From Candidatus Bathyarchaeum sp. (lineage in GTDB: Archaea > Thermoproteota > Bathyarchaeia > Bathyarchaeales > Bathyarchaeaceae), in the NCBI GenBank assembly GCA_026014495.1, contig JAOZIF010000106.1, positions 1-27,314 on the forward strand: a stretch of 27,314 nt of DNA, read 5' to 3'. The notes beneath the pieces are model-generated. The model was not told the DNA's origin, made no database searches, and was given only the letters and a program-made list of their open reading frames with translations. A program made the position numbers and the translations under genes. Below are positions 9,201-15,980 of this stretch, in pieces (position 1 is the stretch's first letter; the number at the start of each line of letters is the position of its first letter).

Positions 9201-9344
9201 ATCAAGAGCGTCAAAAAAGCATCCTGTAATATAAACTTATTGCAAATAGAATATGTATTGTGTCTTTGTTCTAGCTGAATATCGCTTGATTTTTCTTTGA
9301 CTTTTTCAAATATTTACTGTTTTTTTGATTTTCCATGTTGTTTT

Positions 9345-9884
9345 TTAGTTGGACTGTTTCTCTTTGTTTTCGCGTTTCTTTTTTTCTTGTTTAACAGCTG
9401 CTACATATTCTATGAATGACAGATTATTTTGTTTCGAATAGTTTTTGATTGAGTATCTAAATTTCTTGAAGAGGCTTTTCATTATTTGAATTTCAATTAT
9501 TTTGGCTCCTGTTCCAAAAATATTCTCAAGGATGTCCGTGAATTCTTCAATTCTGTACGGAATATTTTCCCTTTCTATTTTGAATGTTTTTTCTAAATGG
9601 AAGTAGACTATCTGTTTTGTTGATTCTCCGAGTACAGCTAGTCCGTCATCTATGGATTCCAGCAGTTTTTCTTCAAAATTTGGTGTTTTCTTGGTTCCCG
9701 CGTTTTTTGTTCTTTTTTTTGTTTTGCAGTTTTTTGTTGTTGTTTTAGAGTTTTGTTTTTGTGATTTTGCGGAGATTTGGTGTAATTGTGTTTTGTATGT
9801 GTGGTTTGGTGTTGTGGATATGTGCATTGTTTTTTCCTCTTTTGTTTTTCTGTTCTTTTGTTCGTTTGTTCTACTTAGGAACAT
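9345..9884 (-). CDS. DUF3227/NitrOD5-like protein with a Lys/Thr-rich low-complexity N-terminus
   Basis: LESIDDGLAVLGESTKQIVYFHLEKTF.I.RENIP.RIEEF...LENIFGTGAKIIE.QI is a small helical domain common in TACK archaea; start codon uncertain. Confidence 0.6.
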   Translation of the reverse strand: MFLSRTNEQKNRKTKEEKTMHISTTPNHTYKTQLHQISAKSQKQNSKTTTKNCKTKKRTKNAGTKKTPNFEEKLLESIDDGLAVLGESTKQIVYFHLEKTFKIERENIPYRIEEFTDILENIFGTGAKIIEIQIMKSLFKKFRYSIKNYSKQNNLSFIEYVAAVKQEKKKRENKEKQSN

Positions 9885-10053
9885 ATTATGTCTGATTACT
9901 TAATATACGCTATTTCATTCGTAAGCATGATATAAAAACCGATACATGTCTGTTCGGAGACACATATGAATGACTATGACCTAAGTGTTTCAAGACATTA
10001 AGAATATCCTAAAATAACGGAACATCATATCTAAAGCAACCGGAGGAACTGCA

Positions 10054-10842
10054 TTGCCTACTATACTAGTAATTAACGATGACGGCATCAAATCAATTGG
10101 GTTGTCTATTCTTGCAAAGCATCTAAGAAAATTGGGGAATGTAATAGTTGTCACTCCCCGAGATGAGAGGAGCGGTATTGGAAAAGCCATTAGCATAGGT
10201 CGCGTAAACATGACTGAGGCTAGTTTCGGAGACGAAACAAAGGCATACGCCATAACTGGCACACCAGCAGACTCTTTTATGATAGCCGTGAACAAACTCC
10301 TAGACTGTCCACCTGATTTAGTTGTGTCAGGAATAAATATAGGTCCAAATCTTGGAATAGACGATGTTTTGACATCAGGTACAATAGGTGCTACCTTTGA
10401 AGCAGCCATCCACAAAATACCAGCCATCGCCGTTTCCTATTGCTTATCCGAAATCACAGACAAATCGCCTGATAAAAACAGAGTTTCTGCAAAAGACTTA
10501 GAGTTAGCTGCAACTTTTGGCTATAAAGCTGCTAAACATGTGCTAGAAGAAGGGATGCCTCCCGATGTGGATATTATTTCGATAAATGTGCCGGAAAATG
10601 CTGACTGTAAAAATGTAAAGCTTACGCGCCTGTGTTATGATGGCTACGGAGACATACACATAGAAGTGGAGGATGGGTATAAAATAAAAAGTTGGTCATT
10701 GCGCCATTATCCGGATGGTGAGCCTGGAACAGATTTGCATGCAATAAAGAATGGTAATTGCGTCTCTGTTACGCCCATTAAACTAGGTTTTATCCACAAT
10801 GTATCATCAATGAAAGGTGTGCTTGACTCTCTTTCACGCTAA
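10054..10842 (+). CDS. surE: 5'/3'-nucleotidase SurE
   Basis: ILVINDDG, SGIG, GTPAD, VVSGINIGPNLG, SGTIGA..EA motifs. Confidence 0.95.
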   Translation: MPTILVINDDGIKSIGLSILAKHLRKLGNVIVVTPRDERSGIGKAISIGRVNMTEASFGDETKAYAITGTPADSFMIAVNKLLDCPPDLVVSGINIGPNLGIDDVLTSGTIGATFEAAIHKIPAIAVSYCLSEITDKSPDKNRVSAKDLELAATFGYKAAKHVLEEGMPPDVDIISINVPENADCKNVKLTRLCYDGYGDIHIEVEDGYKIKSWSLRHYPDGEPGTDLHAIKNGNCVSVTPIKLGFIHNVSSMKGVLDSLSR

Positions 10843-11292
10843 TGTTACTCATTAAACGTGGTCTACACGAGATGACTAGTTAATTCGGCACATTGTTTGT
10901 CACGTCATTTTTTGATGTTTCTGTCTAGTTTTGTTTGAGGCGTATTTTGGTACTTTTTGTGCTTTATTTTCTTATGATTAATTCTTTTGATGTGCTTGAC
11001 TCCAAAAAGGTTCGATATAACAATCTAATTTAACTCAATTTAATCAAATATAATTTTCTTATTCAAGTTCTAGTTTATTATACGGAATCCTTAAATCCTA
11101 AGTTTTTACTTCCCGTCACAAAGGCGGAGGTATTCAAAAACGCACACAAAACTAACGCTTTCGTTCACACACAAGGCGGTTTTCGCTGTCTTACTAGGTT
11201 GGCATCTGCTCCAACTGACAACAAAACAACTTCTTGGGACACGAAAACCAACAAGCAACACACCTGTTGTAGACACAATTCTGACAATAGAC

Positions 11293-11327
11293 GCTAAATA
11301 CCTGTTATAATCTTTCGAATGGTGAGG
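11293..11327 (+). promoter_or_regulatory. Putative TATA-like element and Shine-Dalgarno for the hydrogenase operon
   Basis: GCTAAATA at 11293-11300 about 40 nt before the TTG start; GGTGAGG at 11321-11327 is a canonical archaeal RBS. Confidence 0.5.
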
Positions 11328-11335
11328 TTAAACAT

Positions 11336-11659
11336 TTGCTGCTGGAATCTCTTTTTGCCTTTCTAATTATCTTAATCCTTGCAACACTACTTTACTTATT
11401 CAGCCGTCTGTTAACCCAAAAATCACCTGACACCGAAGAAAAAAGCGCAATGTACGCCTGTGGAGAAAAAGTCTTCTCAAAAAGACTTCTTGTCAATGTA
11501 ACTCTCTACAAGTACCTCATATTCTTCGTAATCATAGACTCTCCTGCACTTATTCTAGCCTTTGCAGCCTTAGCCCTAGAAATGATTAATCCGTTTAGTT
11601 TACTGATTTATTTGGGCATAATTTTAGCGGCAGATTTGCTGCTTTTGGGAGGATATTAA
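11336..11659 (+). CDS. nuoA: NuoA/FpoA-like membrane subunit of the hydrogenase complex
   Basis: Three hydrophobic segments; K.AMYACGE loop (YECG-type); FFVIID; first gene of the operon. Confidence 0.75.
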   Translation: MLLESLFAFLIILILATLLYLFSRLLTQKSPDTEEKSAMYACGEKVFSKRLLVNVTLYKYLIFFVIIDSPALILAFAALALEMINPFSLLIYLGIILAADLLLLGGY

Positions 11660-11676
11660 AGACGCCCGACCTAGGC

Positions 11677-12090
11677 TTGTTGAAATGGGCTAGAACAAAA
11701 TCGCCTTGGTTGCTTCACTTCAACACAGGAGCATGCAACGGATGCGACATCGAAGTTGTTGCACTGCTCACACCCAGATACGATGTTGAACGTTTCGGCA
11801 TAAAACTGGAGCCCTCGCCCCGTCATGCAGATGTTCTTGTTGTAACTGGGCCTGTGACAAAGCAGTGTGCACCACGGCTCAAGATGATTTATGAGCAGAT
11901 GCCCTCGCCAAAATTTGTCATAGCCGTAGGTGCCTGTGCATGTTCTGGCGGAATATTTCAGGACTGCTACAACATAAGTGGGCGACTCGACGAGATAATT
12001 CCGGTAGACGTATATATCCCGGGTTGTCCTCCAAAACCCGAAGCAATAGTTCAGGGCGTTGCTAAACTGCTTGGAAAACTGAAGGGATAA
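11677..12090 (+). CDS. nuoB: Group 4 [NiFe]-hydrogenase small subunit (NuoB/MbhJ/HycG family)
   Basis: ACNGCDIE (hydrogenase-type CxxC rather than the tandem CC of complex I), SPRHAD, GACACSGG, PGCPPKPE. Confidence 0.92.
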   Translation: MLKWARTKSPWLLHFNTGACNGCDIEVVALLTPRYDVERFGIKLEPSPRHADVLVVTGPVTKQCAPRLKMIYEQMPSPKFVIAVGACACSGGIFQDCYNISGRLDEIIPVDVYIPGCPPKPEAIVQGVAKLLGKLKG

Positions 12091-12093
12091 ACC

Positions 12094-13767
12094 ATGGAAA
12101 AGTTTGAAACTGCTGTAGATGTTCTCAAGAACAATTTGGCTGATGCTATTGTTGAGCTAAAGGTTCCTAGGCCCAGAAAAGCCTACATTCTTCTTAAGTC
12201 TGAACGCCACAGAGATGCAGTCTCTTTGCTTCTGAAGCATGTTGAAGAGTCGATGCTTTCGACAATAAGTGGCGTTGACTTGGGAACTGAGATAGAGTTA
12301 AACTACCACATGGTTTGTGGGGGAACAGTAACCCTCAAAAATCGGGTTCCACGAGAAAAACCTGTTACAAAAACAATTACTGATATTTTGCCTGGAGCAA
12401 ATTTGTATGAGCGCGAAGTATTCGACCTTTTAGGCGTCGTTTTTGAGGGGCATCCTAACCTAGAACGGTTGCTACTTCCTGACGGCTGGCCTAAAGGAAA
12501 CTATCCTCTCAGAAGAGATTGGACGCCTCCACTTATTCAAGAAAACGATTCGGGTTCTGAGGAAGATTCGCAGAATAATTCAGAGGAAGATGATGTTGGG
12601 TCACTAGTTAGTGTTGTTGTGGGTCCTCAGCATCCAGTTTTGCATGAACCTGAGCGATTCAATTTCACTGTTGATGGCGAGACTGTTGTAGATGTTAAGC
12701 CCCGTCTTGGCTATGTTCATAGGGGTATTGAAAAAGCGGCTGAGCGTATGATGTACTTCCAAGACGTGTTTTTGGTGGAACGTATATGTGGTATCTGTAA
12801 TGCTGCTCACACAACCGTTTTCTGTCAAGCTGTTGAGGACATCGGAAACATTGAAACTCCGCCTCGGGCTTTATACTTACGTACCATTGTGCATGAGTTG
12901 AACAGGGTTCACAGTCACCTTTTGCTGCTTGGTGTTGGTGGTCACCTGCTTGGGTTTGAAGCACTATTCCAGCATGTTTGGCGTGACCGTGAGCCAGTGA
13001 TGGATATTATTGAGCAAATTACTGGCAACCGTTTGATGAGCGGCTTTAACACAATCGGCGGAGTAAGGCGCGATATTAATCCCAATACCGTCGAGAAAGC
13101 CCTAAAGACTGTCAAGGCAGTTAGGAAACGGGCTGTTTTCTACAAGAACGTGTTCGAGGAAGATGCAACATTGAGGCTCCGAACCGAAGGTGTTGGCGTG
13201 TTAAGCAAAGAAGTTGCTCTGAAGCTATGTGTTGTTGGTCCTGTTTTGAGAGGGTCAGGTGTTGCTTCGGATGTCAGAAAAGATGATCCTTACGCAGCGT
13301 ATGCTGAAATTCCTTTCAATGTACCCTGTTATGATGAGTGTGACACGTGGGCTCGGCTGATGGTCAGGGTTGACGAGGTGGTGGAAAGCTTGAACATCCT
13401 AGATTATGCGTTTAACAACCTTCCGGGTGGACGTTTGCGGGTTAGGGTTCAACGTAAAATACCTGAGGGCGAGGCTGTTAGTCGTGTTGAAGCTCCTCGA
13501 GGAGAACTTATACATTACGTTAAAAGTGATGGAACTGCGTATCCTTACAGGGTTAAGGTTAGGGCTCCAACTTTGGCGAACCTTCTGGCTTTTCCAGACG
13601 CTATTCGTGGCGGCTACATCGCTGACATTCCCTCTGTGATGGGAAGCTTAGACCCCTGCTTTTCTTGCACTGATCGTATGGCATTCGTTGATACTGCAAA
13701 TGGTCAAAAATGGCGCTGGAGCCTTGACGACGTAAACAGTCACAAAAACCGGAGAGTGCTACTCTAA
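12094..13767 (+). CDS. Group 4 [NiFe]-hydrogenase large subunit, fused NuoC+NuoD (HycE-like architecture), with C-terminal extension
   Basis: NuoC motif ERE.FDLLGV.FEGHPNLERLLLP..W...YPLR; GPQHP; GY.HRG.EK; L1 RICGIC (12781-12798); L2 DPCFSCTDR (13651-13677) plus a 29-aa tail. Confidence 0.93.
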   Translation: MEKFETAVDVLKNNLADAIVELKVPRPRKAYILLKSERHRDAVSLLLKHVEESMLSTISGVDLGTEIELNYHMVCGGTVTLKNRVPREKPVTKTITDILPGANLYEREVFDLLGVVFEGHPNLERLLLPDGWPKGNYPLRRDWTPPLIQENDSGSEEDSQNNSEEDDVGSLVSVVVGPQHPVLHEPERFNFTVDGETVVDVKPRLGYVHRGIEKAAERMMYFQDVFLVERICGICNAAHTTVFCQAVEDIGNIETPPRALYLRTIVHELNRVHSHLLLLGVGGHLLGFEALFQHVWRDREPVMDIIEQITGNRLMSGFNTIGGVRRDINPNTVEKALKTVKAVRKRAVFYKNVFEEDATLRLRTEGVGVLSKEVALKLCVVGPVLRGSGVASDVRKDDPYAAYAEIPFNVPCYDECDTWARLMVRVDEVVESLNILDYAFNNLPGGRLRVRVQRKIPEGEAVSRVEAPRGELIHYVKSDGTAYPYRVKVRAPTLANLLAFPDAIRGGYIADIPSVMGSLDPCFSCTDRMAFVDTANGQKWRWSLDDVNSHKNRRVLL

Positions 13768-13768
13768 G

Positions 13769-14764
13769 ATGGCCATTGACCTCATTTTTTTTGTGAGGAC
13801 ACTGGTATTTCCTGGATTCCTTTTCCTTTTAGTGTTGGTGCTCTTTTTTGACTGGTTTGAAAGAAAGGTTGCGGCTCGTTTCCAGAACCGCATGGGACCA
13901 TCGTATGCTGGTCCATTTGGTATCCTTCAGCCAATAGCTGATTACATTAAGCTGTTTTCGAAGGAAGACATTACTCCAAAGCAAACCAACAAGTTTTTGT
14001 TTGTTGTGGCTCCAATTCTTGCGTTTTCGCTCTTTGTTTTTGCCCTTTTTTACATCCCGATTGACGGCTCGAACGTGATTTTGGATTCAAGTTTCGAGGG
14101 CGATTTGCTTTTGGTTTTGCTTTTGGTGACTCTTGCTAATTTTGGAATTTTTCTTTCTGGTTGGGCTTCTTTGAATCCTTACAGTGGAATTGGTGCAACC
14201 CGAATTTTGACGCAGTTTCTTGGTTATGACATTCCTCTTATCCTTTTGGCGATTGGTCCTGCTTTTCTTGCAAAAAGTTTGTCCATTGTGAGTATTGCAT
14301 CTAGCCAAGTTACTGTTCCATTTATTTTGTTGATTCCTTGGTCTTGTGTCTTGTTTATTCTTGTTTTGCAGGCTGAGCTAGAAAAAGACCCCTTTGATAT
14401 TCCTCATGCAGAAACCGAGATTGTAGGCGGTTACGAAACAGAGTACAGCGGAAGAAAACTGGCTTTCATAAAGCTTTCAGAAGATTTCCAGTTCTTGATT
14501 GGTGCTTCTCTTGTCACTGTCCTGTTTTTGGGCGGCTTTCATGGGCCTGTTTTTATTGGACCTGCTGAATTTTGGTATGTTTTCTGGTTTATTGTTAAAA
14601 CTCTTGGTGTGGTGTTCATTTTAGAGTATGTGGGCAACGTGTCTGCCCGATTGCGTATAGACCAAGTTGTTCATGGCAACTGGAAACTGTTGATTCCTTT
14701 GTCTATTTTGTCTCTTGCTCTTACAATACTTGTTGAACCCTTGTTGCGGTCGGTGATTGGTTAG
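13769..14764 (+). CDS. nuoH: NuoH/MbhM-like membrane subunit
   Basis: ERKV.AR.Q.R.GP...G..QP.AD..KL..KE; AELEKDPFDIPHAETEIVGGYETEYSG; RLRIDQ. Confidence 0.93.
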   Translation: MAIDLIFFVRTLVFPGFLFLLVLVLFFDWFERKVAARFQNRMGPSYAGPFGILQPIADYIKLFSKEDITPKQTNKFLFVVAPILAFSLFVFALFYIPIDGSNVILDSSFEGDLLLVLLLVTLANFGIFLSGWASLNPYSGIGATRILTQFLGYDIPLILLAIGPAFLAKSLSIVSIASSQVTVPFILLIPWSCVLFILVLQAELEKDPFDIPHAETEIVGGYETEYSGRKLAFIKLSEDFQFLIGASLVTVLFLGGFHGPVFIGPAEFWYVFWFIVKTLGVVFILEYVGNVSARLRIDQVVHGNWKLLIPLSILSLALTILVEPLLRSVIG

Positions 14765-14776
14765 GAGGATAATTGT

Positions 14777-15178
14777 GTGACAAAAAAACGACGACGATTA
14801 CCCGCGCTGATAAAAGACATGGGCTCCTGTCTATTCAAAAAGCCCTTTACTCAAGAGTATCCTTTTGTTTCTGTGCAGGCTCCTGAAGGTTACCGCGGCA
14901 GACAAACTTTTGATCCTGAAAAATGCATCAGTTGTGGTTTATGTGAGCGAGACTGCCCTGCTAAGGCTATAGAACTTGTGGAAGTTTCTGGGAAACGGAT
15001 GCCCTATTTTTACCTTGACCGATGCATATTCTGTTATCAATGCGCGGAAGGTTGTCCAAGAAATGCAATACAGCTTTCTACAAATTTTGAGATGTCAACT
15101 ACAGAAAAAGACGAGTTGCTTGTAAAGGCAGAAGAATTTATTTCTAAACAAAACATCAGTTCGGACGAGGGACAATAA
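14777..15178 (+). CDS. nuoI: NuoI/MbhN-like 2x[4Fe-4S] subunit
   Basis: T..YP...YRG; CISCGLCERDCP and CIFCYQCAEGCP. Confidence 0.92.
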   Translation: MTKKRRRLPALIKDMGSCLFKKPFTQEYPFVSVQAPEGYRGRQTFDPEKCISCGLCERDCPAKAIELVEVSGKRMPYFYLDRCIFCYQCAEGCPRNAIQLSTNFEMSTTEKDELLVKAEEFISKQNISSDEGQ

Positions 15179-15179
15179 A

Positions 15180-15644
15180 ATGTGGCTTGAAACAGTTTTG
15201 GCTATTGGAATGGTGACTTCTGCGGTCTTCGCGATATATCTGAAAGAAACAGTTTCTTCGGTTTTGTCCCTGAGCACCATGATGATTTTGCTTGCTGTGC
15301 TTTACTTTAATTTGAATGCTCCGTTTGCTGCCATTTTTCAGTTGGCGTTAGGCACTGGAACTGCCGCAATTTTCCTTCTTGCTGGTGATTCGTTAACTAA
15401 GAAAAGTGACTTGAAAACATCCAGCAAAACCAAGTTTGTTGGGCTAATTGTTTCTGCTGTTTTATGTGTTCCTGTTATTGTTGGGACTGTGGCAACTGCG
15501 TCTTTGAGTGCTTCATTGGATTTGTCGATTTCTAGTGCAATATGGGAGTTTAGGGCAATCGATGTTCTTGCTCAAGGCTTAGTTGTTTTGACTGCTGCAC
15601 TTGGCGTAGTTATCCTTCTAAAAGAGGAACGGAGGCGCAAGTAA
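15180..15644 (+). CDS. nuoJ: NuoJ-like subunit (MbhD+MbhE-like)
   Basis: L.APFAAIFQL..G.G N-terminal half; WEFRAIDVLAQG C-terminal motif; positioned between I and K. Confidence 0.75.
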   Translation: MWLETVLAIGMVTSAVFAIYLKETVSSVLSLSTMMILLAVLYFNLNAPFAAIFQLALGTGTAAIFLLAGDSLTKKSDLKTSSKTKFVGLIVSAVLCVPVIVGTVATASLSASLDLSISSAIWEFRAIDVLAQGLVVLTAALGVVILLKEERRRK

Positions 15645-15980
15645 ATGGATTACATTATACTATCTGTTACTATATTGGCGATTGGAATAGTTGGATTGGT
15701 TACAAAACATGACTTGATCAAAATGCTGATCGCCATAGAAATGATTACTGCCGCAGCAACAATGAATTTTGTTGTTTTTGGTTCCTTAATGGAAAACTCT
15801 TTAGGTCAAGCCTTCTCGATTCTCGCTTTATCTGTTGACGCTTGCGTAACTGCTGTTGCTCTTGCACTTGCTATTGCAATCTACAAAAAACTAAACATCC
15901 GAGATGTTCGCGATCTATCGGAAATAACAGAGACCTCATCAGACAAAGAAACCCAAACCGTGGAGGAAGACCAAAAGTGA
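15645..15980 (+). CDS. nuoK: NuoK/MrpC-like subunit
   Basis: IGIVGL...LIKMLIAIEM; GQAF.ILA; three TM helices. Confidence 0.88.
   Translation: MDYIILSVTILAIGIVGLVTKHDLIKMLIAIEMITAAATMNFVVFGSLMENSLGQAFSILALSVDACVTAVALALAIAIYKKLNIRDVRDLSEITETSSDKETQTVEEDQK

Noticed and set aside
9060-9278. 72-aa + strand ORF (and a 45-aa ORF from ATG 9092) over the GC-rich island
   Set aside because: No motifs and poor RBS spacing; the base-pairing pattern explains the region better.
11677-13767. Annotating the operon as NADH:quinone oxidoreductase, Fpo or Mbx
   Set aside because: All four Ni-ligand Cys, the CxxC small subunit and the DPCxSCTDR+tail are hydrogenase features; nuoEFG are absent.
15842-15976. 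Cys-rich N-terminal extension of the L subunit in the ORF track
   Set aside because: It overlaps the K gene in another frame; GTG 15977 overlapping the K stop gives a normal NuoL start.
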